This document shows positions 25,486-36,944 of a stretch of 64,000 nucleotides of DNA, one piece after another. Position numbers and translations under genes: made by a program. The notes beneath the pieces were generated by a model. That model made no database searches and had not been told where the DNA came from. It was given only the letters and a program-made list of their open reading frames with translations. Origin of the DNA: Haliotis rubra (taxonomy: Eukaryota); contig NW_025767247.1 of assembly GCF_003918875.1 (NCBI RefSeq), positions 372,001 to 436,000 of the forward strand, written 5' to 3'. The stretch's first letter is position 1; the number at the start of each line of letters is the position of its first letter.

Positions 25486-26757
25486 TCACATGGACTGGCG
25501 TCTGCAGTTCTTGCAGGTGCTCTGTTGGGACTGTGGAACGTTTCTATAATGATACCAGTTCATATTTATTGTTTCGCTAAGCATTGCCTTGTGGTGTAGC
25601 CAACTCTCTAGACAGTCTATCACCAACTGATCGAAGTTGGAGTTGAACTTGTTAGCCACGATTTCTGGTCGGCTGACCAGCCAGGGCAGATCTCTGTAGC
25701 TGAAGACACACACGGAACGAACAAACTTCCCATGGCACGGCACTCGGTCCCACTCCCAGATGACGGCCCTGGACAGAACTTGGTTCAACGCGATATCATG
25801 CTTCACAGTCACATTGTAGCCCCCAGGAGCCCCGGGTAAGCCATTCAACGTCGCCCAAACTAGTTCTTCTGGCGCATAACTATCCTCTGCCCAGTCTATC
25901 AACTCTGCTGCAATTTTGCTCTCAAGAATAAATAATACAAAACCACGGGAAAACATCCCATACATGCTGCCCTTGTAGAGCGTGATGTTCTGCTTGAAGG
26001 CTGGTTTGGCGTCAACGAGACGAGTCATCATGGTTCCGTTGATGACCGAGTACCGTGTTTCAAACCTCCAACGCAGATGCTCGGGGAAAGGATATTGTTC
26101 AATATCATTTGTTCCATTCAGTAATTTCAGTATTTGCACAATCTCAAGATTAGTCTTAAGAACAAACTCTTGTCCGGACAAAATAATGTAGTACTTCCAC
26201 TTAACATGGGTGTTAGCCAACATTCTCATACAAGCACGCGCTGCGGTCACTAAGCCAGCGCCGCCATAGACCACCTCCACTTCCTGCAGGACCAGCACGT
26301 TGTGGAAACACTGTGCCCACTGACTGAGGAGTCCCACAGACCGGCGCGCCTTCCGGTCAACGTGGATACAGTACACGTTGTGAGATCTGTAAATTGTTCT
26401 CATCAGCTGGTCAACCTGACCGGGGGCTGTGTGTACGATGAGAGCAAACGCCAACGGGAACACTTTCTCCTCCTCCACTACAGGGCGACGACGTTGATAA
26501 CGTGGCAACAACGCAACGCAGCCTCGCTCTATACCCGTGTTGACACGGGCGTCAGACGGTGGTGAAGATGCTGTATTGACGTCAGCTGGCTCCCCCCTCA
26601 TCAGTCTCCAACATCTTCCTCGTCCTGTCTGAGGGCTTGGGTCACGTGGCATCGTTGTCTTGCGATGTGGACATTGTGTCATCTTTGTGGACAAATATCG
26701 GACCGCGAAGAACATCCCAGCAGCCAAAACAAGTCCGATTAACTTGGATCTTGCCAT
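25486..26757 (-). CDS. Beta-1,6-N-acetylglucosaminyltransferase (core-2/I-branching, GT14, GCNT-like), 423 aa, type II membrane protein
   Basis: ATG in gcctccATGG context 12 nt after acceptor ttgttgcag; N-terminal TM anchor; LAFALIVH, IYRSHNVYCIHVD, WKYYIILSGQE, LYKGS, APEELVWATL, CHGKFVRSVCVF and VANKF motifs; intronless CDS as is typical of core-2 GCNTs. Confidence 0.93.
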   Translation of the reverse strand: MARSKLIGLVLAAGMFFAVRYLSTKMTQCPHRKTTMPRDPSPQTGRGRCWRLMRGEPADVNTASSPPSDARVNTGIERGCVALLPRYQRRRPVVEEEKVFPLAFALIVHTAPGQVDQLMRTIYRSHNVYCIHVDRKARRSVGLLSQWAQCFHNVLVLQEVEVVYGGAGLVTAARACMRMLANTHVKWKYYIILSGQEFVLKTNLEIVQILKLLNGTNDIEQYPFPEHLRWRFETRYSVINGTMMTRLVDAKPAFKQNITLYKGSMYGMFSRGFVLFILESKIAAELIDWAEDSYAPEELVWATLNGLPGAPGGYNVTVKHDIALNQVLSRAVIWEWDRVPCHGKFVRSVCVFSYRDLPWLVSRPEIVANKFNSNFDQLVIDCLESWLHHKAMLSETINMNWYHYRNVPQSQQSTCKNCRRQSM

Positions 26758-26867
26758 GGAGGCTTCACGCTGCAACAACAATAGGAAAATGAGTGAAGAC
26801 GTATAAAATTATCATCACTGTATTTCAATTACGTTACCATATGTCACGGTACATGGACAGTAACGGT

Positions 26868-27301
26868 ATGTATCACGCTATGTTACGGCACATCACGCTA
26901 TGTTACGGTACATCATGCTATGTTACGGTACACCACGGTATGTTACGGTACATCACGTTACGTTACGGTACATCACGCTATGTTACGGTACATCACGTTA
27001 CGTTACGGTACATCACGCTACGTTACGGTACATCACGGTATGTTAGGTTACATCACGTTACGTACGGTACATCACGCTACGTTACGGTACATCACGGTAT
27101 GTTACGGTACATCACGGTATGTTACGGTACACCACGCTATGTTACGGTTCACCACGGTATGTTACGGTACACCACGGTATGTTACGGTACACCACGGTAC
27201 GTTACGGTACACCACGCTACGTTACGGTACATCACGGTATGTTACGGTACACCACGCTATGTTACGGTACATCACGGTATTTTACGGTACATCACGGTAT
27301 G
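26868..27301. repeat. 20-bp minisatellite (tgttacggtacatcacgcta)n upstream of the GT14 acceptor
   Basis: About 21 copies. Confidence 0.95.
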
Positions 27302-28023
27302 TTTGACCTACTATAAAATGAAAAACAATAACAATAAACTGAATGCACCATGTAAGCGGCGACGAATCGACAGAGGTACTATGTTGACCACACGGAAGGA
27401 GAGTGTAACTTAACCTCTGTTCAGCCAGTTCACAAGGCTGCAACATGTCGACACACCGAGAAGTGCTGTAGGCAAGGCGCTGTCCGTGATGCATGGCAGG
27501 ACTGTTACCTGCGGTAGGAATACCTGCATCTTTAAGATGTCAAGTGTACCTAATACCCATCTGACTCACCTTGAGGGTGTCAAGTTTACCTCACACCCAG
27601 ATGACTCACCTTGAGGGTGTCAAGTTTACCTAATACCCAACTGACTCACTATGAGGGTGTAAAGTTTACCTAATACCCAGATGACTCACCTTGAGGGTGC
27701 CAATTTTACCTAAGACCCAGATGATTAACCTTGACGGTGTCAAGTTTACCTAATACCCAACTGACTAACCTTGAGGTTGTCAAGTGTACCTAATACACAA
27801 CTCTACTCACCTTGAGGTTGTCAAGTGTACTTAATACGCAGGGGACTCACCTTGAGGGTGCCTTGAGGTTGTCAAGTGTACCTAATACACAACTCTACTC
27901 ACCTTGAGGTTGTCAAGTGTTCCTAATGCCCAACTGACTAACCTTGAGGGTGTCAAGTGTGCCTAATACCCAACTGACTCACCTTGAGGGTGTTAAGTGT
28001 ACTTCATACACAGCTGACTCACC

Positions 28024-30045
28024 GGCCTGTCCTCATATCGCCTACATCACCGTTTCGCCTACAGTCTTATCAAAACAACTTTATGCACCATTGCACACCA
28101 TTTCCTGCCTATGTTACCCATGGAATAATGGACCAGCCTAAGGGATAAGAAAAACAAACAAATGTATGTGATTCACATTACTTTAATACATTAATAACTT
28201 TGATTTTAAATTAAAATAAATAAAGCACTTCATTGTCATCAGGAGCACACAGAGTTATGAGTTTGATTGAATTGAGTTCTCAGTTTAGCTTGAGGATGTG
28301 GCCAACAGCATCAAGGAACTGCATCACAGACTTCACACCGGTGGAAAGCTGCACCTTGAGTCTCTCGATCCTCTGATCTCGATCACGGTCTACACGTGCT
28401 CGTGGTCTCCTTGCTCCTCCAAGTCCAAACTGTCGTCTTGTGCGCCTGTCTGCCTTCTCGATCTTCTTGAGCTCCTTTACGAATTGGTAGATGTTGGGGT
28501 GTGATCGGGGTATGCGTTTCTTCAAGCCAGAGTGGAATCCCTCAAGATGGTTGTTTGAGCGCGGGCCTGTGTTTTCGTGCTGGTTCCAGATGTGTGCCGG
28601 GAACTTGGCATCATCTTCAACCCAGGTGCTGGTGACGTAGTCGTTGAAGGCTGCTACTCTGTCGCCGTCGGGAGACTGCTCGATGACTTCAAACCAAGCA
28701 TCTTGGACCTGGTTCAGGGGAAGGAGTGGCAAAGCAGCTGCTCGTCGAACGTGGGCTTGACTGCTGGGTTGTTCATGTAGTCGCGAGACAGTCCCTCTCC
28801 AAAACTTGACGCCACAAAGCTTGAGAATAATGGAATAGGCAACCTCGGACGGAACTGTCGGGGAAGACTTCACTAATAGCACTGATAACTGCTGCTTCAT
28901 AGTCGATCTGGAATATTTCTGGTGAAAGTTCGATGCCAAGTCGTCTCACAACAATATCCTTCAGCAAAGTGAAAAGCCTAACATACGTCCGCTTGGTCTT
29001 GTTGGGAAGGAACGCAAAAGCGACAGGAAACATTTTACCATTCACCAGACAATGAATGATGTACACTTGTAGCCACAGGTTAGGACACACAAAGAATGTA
29101 CCATCCATAAAGAGAATGTCAGCGTCGCTCAATAATTCCAGCATCTCGGTTGTAGCAAACAGCAAAAGTCTGTCATCTTTACCGTCGTCTACACAGAGGA
29201 ACTCTCGGCCATCATCGGTCTGGGTCCATATTCCTTCTAGAGTGACGCCAGCCCTGCTCTCAGGCAGTGGTGGGATGGACTTGGCTCTGTGTCTGTACAG
29301 TGCGGCCTGAATATTAGAGTACGTGGGTGCAGTTGCGGCATCATCTTCACCAAGGAGGTCGAGCTCGTTGTTGTAGATCTGCAGCACCGGTGAGATGTCA
29401 GTCTTTACACGCTCTTTTACACGGGCGACGAGTCGGATGTGTTCTCCATTCTCAAAGGGTGGGTGGCTGTGAATAGTGGAGGACACTACGTGGTCTCCGA
29501 TGGTGCTGCTGCGACCATTGCATCCTGTGAGGACACACTTCCAGTGTGTAGCAACCTGTCGCTTGACATTGAGCCTGTACCGGTAGCCTGCATACAGTAA
29601 CTGCTGTCCACCTCTCTGTGAAGTCACGAACTCAGCTCTCTGGAGATTTGCCATTTTGATACCGACTAAAGATCAGTGGCATGTATATATACTTTGAGAA
29701 AATTATGTTGAGATGACCCCTCATTGCAACCACAACAGACCTAATTATAATCTTTTTACTTTTATAAGATAAATCTTTTGAAGTATTAATTCTAATCAAA
29801 ACAATGGGATTATCTCACCCAGGGGGTAAGCATAACCCCCTTCACTAATATCCTTCACTGTATACTTAAAACAAATCATGTATCAATAGTAACTTCTCAA
29901 TAGTCTTCTCTCCCATTTAGTTGCATTCGATGAAACTACAGTGGAATAGGGCCATTCCATTCCCTGAACAGGGTAGATGGGATTTGACAGGATGTTTATA
30001 TAAGCTGTAGGCGAAATAGTGGTGTAGGCGATATGAGGTCAAACC
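28024..30045 (-). mobile_element. Mutator-like (MULE) DNA transposon with a FLYWCH-DDE transposase (29654-28280, one frameshift near 28775)
   Basis: About 45-bp imperfect TIRs gg(cc/tt)tg(t/a)cctcatatcgcctaca; 8-bp TSD GACTCACC at 28016-28023 and 30046-30053; FLYWCH-like LLYAGYRY..WKC..C..HSH; DGTF, IDYE, CLFH and NNHLEGFH motifs. Confidence 0.93.
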
Positions 30046-30255
30046 GACTCACCTTGAGGGCGTCAAGTGTACTTAATACACAGCTGACTCACCTTGAGGG
30101 TGTCAAGTTTCCCTAATACCCAGATGACTCACCTTGAGGGTGCCAATTTTATCTAATACCCAACTGACTCACCTTGAGGGTGTCAAGTGTACTTTATACA
30201 CAGCTGACTCACCTTGAGTGTGTCAAGTGTTCCTAATACCCAACTGACTCACCTT

Positions 30256-30592
30256 GTGGAGTCAGTGGAGTTGTGGAGCACAGTCGTGTAGTGGTTAGCA
30301 TGCTGGCCTCTCATGCCAAAGGCCCAGGTTCGAATCCCGGTGGAGACACCAAAATTTGTGACCTTGGTCTCATACTGTGTTGCGTCCCTGGGCAAGGCAC
30401 TTCGTCCACATTGCACTCAGTCCACCCAGCTGTACGGACCCGGATGTACCCGGATGTACGGACCTATACGGTCGCGCTTGGCGCTTAGTAGCAGCTTTGA
30501 AAGTACAATTCCGTCAGGGTATTAATGTAACGCCAGAGAACAGCATCGCGTTGGATTCTAGGCGCAAAAATTAGCATTATTATTATTTTTAA
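30256..30592 (+). mobile_element. tRNA(Glu-like)-headed SINE with a CORE-like central domain
   Basis: A box TAGTGGTTAGC, B box GGTTCGAATCCC, CTC anticodon-like loop, ccctgggcaaggcactt...ctcagtccacccagctgta (CORE-like), (ATT)n tail. Confidence 0.82.
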
Positions 30593-30768
30593 TATGACTC
30601 ACTTTGAGGGTGTCAAGTGTACCAAATACCCAGCTGACTCACCTTGAGGGTGTCAAGCGTACCAAATACCCAGCTGATTCAGCTGTTGATGATCAGGCCA
30701 AGTGACGGGAGAATATTGAGGTGGCGGATTTAACAATCCGCGAAACTTGATAGCAAAGTTTCAATAGC

Positions 30769-32870
30769 GTAACGTAATGGAATACACCGAACAAATGAAT
30801 ATACCAGGTTTACTTATACTAATCGACTTTGAAAAAGCTTTTGACTCCGTTGAATGGAAATTTATTGAGAATTGTTTAGATTTTCTAAATTTTGGACCCT
30901 GTATTACACATTGGATTAAGACTTTTTACAATGATATAAAGTCAAGTGTTCTAGTAAATGTTTTTTCCAGTGAATATTTCGAGAGAATGTAGACAAGGCG
31001 ACCCACTTTCACTACATCTTTTCCTCATCTGCACAGAAATTTTGGCACACATGTTGAGGGAAAAGAAAAATGTAAAAGGTGTTAAATTTCCTGAGATCGA
31101 ATATTTATTAACGCAATTTGCAGACGACACAACACTTATTCTTGATGGAACGGAAAAATGCTTTCAAGCAACAATTTGGTATCCTTAATAAATATGCTGA
31201 ATTTTCTGGCCTTAAAATTAACATAGAAAAAAGTAAAATAATATGGATTGGTTCTAGGCAATACTCAAGCATTCAATACTGTAAGACCTTCAAACTAGAT
31301 TGGTCCCAAAGGCCCTTTACTTTACTCGGAATTCAATTTCAACACAACCAGGCTGAAATGGTTGAAAGAAATTATAAAGACAAACTAAAACAAGTTGATA
31401 AGACAATGACGATGTGGAAGAGACCTTACCCCATTTGGTAGAATTACTGTTCTTAAAAGCCTTATATTAACTTCCCTAAACCATCTTTTCACTATGTTGC
31501 CAAATCCAAGAAGTGATACCATTCAAAATCTACAGAAAAAATGTTTTATATTCGTTTGGAAAGGAAAACCTGACAAGATCACGCGAAACACGATTATTCA
31601 ATCGTACAAAGATGGGGGCCTTAATGTACCTGTAATTCTTGAACCAATACAGGCTCAAATACTCTCATGGCTGCGCAGAACATTAGTTAAACATTCTAAT
31701 ATATCAAATCTTATAGATCTTGCTATTCCAACAAAAGTCTTCATCCAACAGAGACGGGAGCAACCTATTTAAAACACACTATTATCCCAAATATCAGAAA
31801 TGGTTTTTGGAAAGATGTTTACGAAGCGTGGGCAAATATACAATCTTTACAAACAAATGACGACACAGATACTGAAATTTCACAACAATATATATGGGCA
31901 AACGACAATATCACCGTAGATCAAAAACTAATTATGTATAAACAGTACTTGTTAAATTCATTAATGATCTACTGAACAACGATAGTAATTTTCTTACCTA
32001 TGAGGAGTTTATTTCCCTATACAATATTAAGACACATTCTTAGAATATAGGGGTATCATCAACTCCATCAAATCCTACTTACTTTCGAAAAGACTAACTC
32101 TGTGTAAAGTAGAAGAGCCATTTATTCCTAATAATATATATATTCTGTACAAAGAACGTAAAGGATGCAAGATTTTCTATTCTGTCTTGTTAAGGAAACA
32201 TACATTAAAAGAAAAGCTAATAGATATATCAGAACAACTCTGGGAAGTTTTCAACTATGTACCTTTCAGAACAACTTGTAATTCACAACTGAGATGGCTT
32301 CAATATAAAATTGTCCATAGAATCATTACAACTAACACAGATTTCTTAACTATAAACTGACACAATCTGCTTCTTGTACATTTTGTAATGTTACAATCGA
32401 ATCAATTATCCACATATTTTGTGAGTGTGTACATGTGAAAACGTTGTGGCAATAACTGAAAGCCTGGATTTAACAAGATACAGGCACAAGATTAATTCTG
32501 GATGCAAAACATATCATTTTTGGATATAAAGAAAAACGAAATGTTGCATTAAACCTGATTATCATCGCAACAAAATACTATATATATGCAAAGAGATGTT
32601 CTAATTCACATCCGCAGTTTGTTGGAATTAAAAAATTACCTACACAACCTGTATGAAATTGACAAATGTACTGCCTTTTCGCACTGCAACTATGGTAAAT
32701 TCTTCACCTTTTGGTCATCTTGCCATAACCTCTTCACATAAATTACAATAACAATGTATTCTTCTAGCCTACGGATTATCTACCACTCGTGTTCATACTT
32801 TGTATTTTTATGTACCACAAGAGTAACAATTATGTACCCATCAACAGAAATAAAGTGATAAAAAAACAAC
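30769..32870 (+). mobile_element. 5'-truncated L1/Tx1-clade LINE, frameshifted
   Basis: IDFEKAFDSVEW, RQGDPLS, QFADDTT, GLKINIEKS, DGGL, CTFC; AATAAA and A-tail; TSD gtttcaatagc at 30758-30768 and 32871-32881. Confidence 0.92.
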
Positions 32871-32994
32871 GTTTCAATAGCTGACTCAAGCGTAGCGTGT
32901 TTATCCTCTCCTTATTATTCCCGCACCTATTCTACAGTCTACATTTCCCTGCTCCATGCTGGTGCGCAAGTGAAGGGTTTGAAGGGTCTGTCGC

Positions 32995-34149
32995 ACAACG
33001 ACAGGTAGCAGAATCCAGCCTACCTTGTCTCCCCTTCCAGTGCTTGGCTGTACAACCCACCTGTATCAGTTCTCAGCGCAGCGACAGGTACCAGAATCCA
33101 GCCTACCTTGTCTCCCCTTCCAGTGCTTGGCTGTACAACCCACCTGTATCAGTTCTCAGCACAACGACAGGTACCAGAATCCAGCCTACCTTGTCTCCCC
33201 TTCCAGTGCTTGGCTGTACAACCCACCTGTATCAGTTCTCAGCACAACGACAGGTACCAGAATCCAGCCTACCTTGTCTCCCCTTCCAGTGCTTGGCTGT
33301 ACAACCCACCTGTATCAGTTCTCAGCACAACGACAAGTACCAGAATCCAGCCTACCTTGTCTCCCCTTCCAGTGCTTGTCTGTACAACCCACCTGTATCA
33401 GTTCTCAGTACAACGACAGGTACCAGAATCCAGCCTACCTTGTCTCCCCTTCCAGTGCTTGGATGTACAACCCACCTGTATCAGTTCTCAGCACAACGAC
33501 AGGTACCAGAATCCAGCCTACCTTGTCTCCCCTTCCAGTGCTTGGCTGTACAACCCACCTGTATCAGTTCTCAGCACAACGACAGGTACCAGAATCCAGC
33601 CTACCTTGTCTCCCCTTCCAGTGCTTGGCTGTACAACCCACCTGTATCAGTTCTCAGCACAACGACAAGTACCAGAATCCAGCCTACCTTGTCTCCCCTT
33701 CCAGTGCTTTGTCTGTACAACCCACCTGTATCAGTTCTCAGTACAACGACAGGTACCAGAATCCAGCCTACCTTGTCTCCCCTTCCAGTGCTTGGATGTA
33801 CAACCCACCTGTATCAGTTCTCAGCACAACGACAGGTACCAGAATCCAGCCTACCTTGTCTCCCCTTCCAGTGCTTGGCTGTACAACCCACCTGTATCAG
33901 TTCTCAGCACAACGACAAGTACCAGAATCCAGCCTACCTTGTCTCCCCTTCCAGTGCTTGTCTGTACAACCCACCTGTATCAGTTCTCAGTACAACGACA
34001 GGTACCAGAATCCAGCCTACCTTGTCTCCCCTTCCAGTGCTTGGATGTACAACCCACCTGTATCAGTTCTCAGTACAACGACAGATACCAGAATCCAGCC
34101 TACCTTGTCTCCCCTTCCAATGCTTGGCTGTACAACCCACCTGTATCAG
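32995..34149. repeat. 83-bp minisatellite, about 14 highly homogeneous copies
   Basis: Period 83. Confidence 0.96.
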
Positions 34150-34434
34150 GCTGCTTCATGTAAGACTCGTAATTCTAAACCAGTCAGTTTAGATGCAGAC
34201 AGTTTTGCTAATTAATCGCCTCCGTCCATATCGCAGGCGAGTTAACTCTAATGGCGCTGAAGGAGACAATTTGATCATCACAATCAGGTGCGCAATAAAA
34301 GTGAAAATAAACGCTGTACGTTCTGAAATATAAAATGACATTTTTTATAGCGATTAGATTAGAAAGCAATCTTGTTGAAGTTGTTGACTTGTGGTATGTG
34401 TAACGATGATATGTGCCCAACTATGTTGTGCAAC

Positions 34435-36640
34435 AGTGTAGTGTTGGTTGTGTGTTGTGTTGGTGACAGTTTTGTGTTGGTTGAGTGTAGTTTTGGTTAT
34501 GTGTTGTGTTGGTTGAGTGACACTGTATTGTTGGTTGAGTGACACTGTAATGTTGGTTGAGTGACACTGTAGTGTTGGTTGAGTGACACTGTAGTGTTGG
34601 ATGAGTGACTCTGTAGTGTTGGTTGAGTGGAGTGTTGGTTGAGTGACCCTTTAGTGTTGGTTGAGTGGAGTGTTGGTTGAGTGACACTTTAGTTTTGGTT
34701 GAGTGGAGTGTTGGTTGAGTGACACTGTAGTGTTGGTTGAGTGACACTGTAGTGTTGGTTGAGTGTAGTATTGGTTGAGTGACACTGGCGTATTGTATGA
34801 GGGTAATGTTAGTTTAGTGACACAGTGTGTCGGTTGAGCGTAATGTTGGTTGCATGCAGTCTTGGTGAGAGTGTTGTGTTGGTTGATTGCAGTCTTGGTG
34901 AAAGTGTTGTGTTGGTTGAGTGACACTGTAGTGTTGGTTGAGTGACACTTTTGTGTTGGCTGAGTGTAGTATTGGTTGAGTGACACTGGCGTATTGTATG
35001 AGGGTAGTGTTGGTTTAGTGACACTGTAGTGTTTGTTGAGTGGCACTGCAGTGTTGGTTGAGTGTAGTGTTGGTTGGGTGTAGTGTTGGTTGAGTGGCAC
35101 TGCAGTGTTGGTTAAGTGTAATGTTGGTTGAGTGTAGTGTTGGTTGAGTGTTGAGTTGTTTCAGTGACACTGTAGTGTTGGTTGAGTGACACTGTAGTGT
35201 TGGATCGTCACGATATGGCTGAAATATTGCCGATGTGACGTTAAATATTAACTCACTCACTGTAGTGTTGGTTGAGTGTAGTGTTGGTTGAGTGACACTG
35301 TAGTGTTGGTTGAGTGACACTGTAGTGTTGCAGAGTGGAGTGTTGGTTGAGTGACAATTTAGTGTTGGTTGAGTGTAGTGTCGGTTGAGTGACACTGTAG
35401 TTTTGGTTGAGTGGAGTGTTGGTTGAGTGACACTGTAGTGTTGGTTGAGTGACACTGTAGTGTTGGTTGAGTGGCACTGTAGTGTTGGTTGAGTGACGCT
35501 GTAGTGTTGGTTGAGTGTAGTGTTGGTTGAGTGACACTTTAGTGTTGGTTGAGTGGAGCGTTGGTTGAGTGACACTGTAGTGTTGGTTGAGTGTAGTGTT
35601 GGTTGAGTGTAGTGTTGGTTGAGTGACACTGTAGTGTTGGTTGAGTGACACTGTAGTGTTGGCTGAGTGGAGTGTTGGTTGAGTGACACTTTAGTGTTGG
35701 TTGAGTGTAGTGTTGGTTGAGTGACCCTTTAGTATTGGTTGAGTGGAGTGTTGGTTGAGTGACACTGTAGTGTTTGTTGAGTGACTCTGTAGTGTTGGTT
35801 GAGTGTAGTGTTGGTTGAGTTACACTTTAGTGTTGGTTGAGTGGAGTGTTGGTTGAGTGACACTGTAGTGTTGGTTGAGTGGAGTGTTGGTTGAGTGTAG
35901 TGTTGGTTGAGTGACCCTTTAGTGTTGGTTGAGTGTAGTTTTGGTTGAGTGACCCTTTAGTGTTGGTTGAGTGTAGTGTTGGTTGAGTGACACTTTAGTT
36001 TTGGTTGAGTGGAGTGTTGGTTGAGTGACACTGTAGTGTTTGTTGAGTGACACTGTAGTGTTGGCTGAGTGACACTGTAGTGTTGGTTGAGTGACACTTT
36101 TTGTGTTGGTTGAGTGTAGTATTGGTTGAGTGACACTGGCGTATTGTATGAGGGTAGTGTTGGTTTAGTGACACAGTGTGTCGGTTGAGCGTAATGTTGG
36201 TTGCATGCAGTCTTGGTGAGAGTGTTGTGTTGGTTGATTGCAGTCTTGGTGAAAGTGTTGTGTTGGTTGAGTGACACTGTAGTGTTGGTTGAGTGACACT
36301 TTTGTGTTGGTTGAGTGTAGTATTGGTTGAGTGACACTTGCGTATTGTATGAGGGTAGTGTTGGTTTAGTGACACTGTAGTGTTTGTTGAGTGGCACTGC
36401 AGTGTTTGTTGAGTGTAGTGTTGGTTGGGTGTAGTGTTGGTTGAGTGGCACTGCAGTGTTGGTTAAGTGTAATGTTGGTTGAGTGTAGTGTTGGTTGAGT
36501 GTTGAGTTGGTTTTAGTGACACTGTATTGTTGGTTGGGTGTAGTGTTGGTTGAGTGACACTGTAGTGTTGGTTGAGTGACACTGTAGTGTTGGTTGAGTG
36601 TAGTGTTGGTTGAGTGTAGTGTTGGTTGATTGACACTGTA
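34435..36640. repeat. 15/22-bp minisatellite (tgttggttgagtgacactgtag)n with a duplicated internal block
   Basis: Block at about 34760-35170 recurs at about 36110-36520. Confidence 0.93.
35204..35257 (+). mobile_element. Heavily 5'-truncated SINE/LINE 3' tail
   Basis: cacgatatggctgaaatattgccgatgtgacgttaaa plus (CTCA)n tail, related to the 3' end of the 5772-5941 SINE; 14-bp TSD cactgtagtgttgg. Confidence 0.8.
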
Positions 36641-36944
36641 CAGCTTTGTATTTTTTACCATAATATTCCAGAATTGTCATTTGACATAGTTTACAATATG
36701 TTTCCCAAACTTTGACCCTGTGTAAACACATACCTCCATTAAATCTCCACGTTGGAAGAGAAGCGAGGAGTGTGAGTGACGTGTCACTGTGAATCTTGCA
36801 CCTGACCCACTAGAGTAGTTAATACATAGTTTGACAGTCATATTTTAATTCAATGAGAAGCCCGTCTGACTATAACAAAATTCTTCTTTCGAACATTTTG
36901 CAACAGAAAAATTAAACTAAACACATTGTGGGAAGGGATTCGGG

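Larger units (their letters stand above)
27538..30682. repeat. 40-bp minisatellite (ctgactcaccttgagggtgtcaagtgtacctaatacccaa)n, split by a MULE and a SINE
   Basis: Segments at 27538-28023, 30046-30255 and 30595-30682. Confidence 0.93.

Noticed and set aside
26758-26781. GT14 N-terminal extension MLLQREAS from the ORF track
   Set aside because: Non-ATG start that crosses the splice acceptor; ATG 26757 has a strong Kozak context
30275-30350. Functional tRNA gene (also 5870-5941)
   Set aside because: Poor acceptor stem; continues into a SINE body and simple-repeat tail
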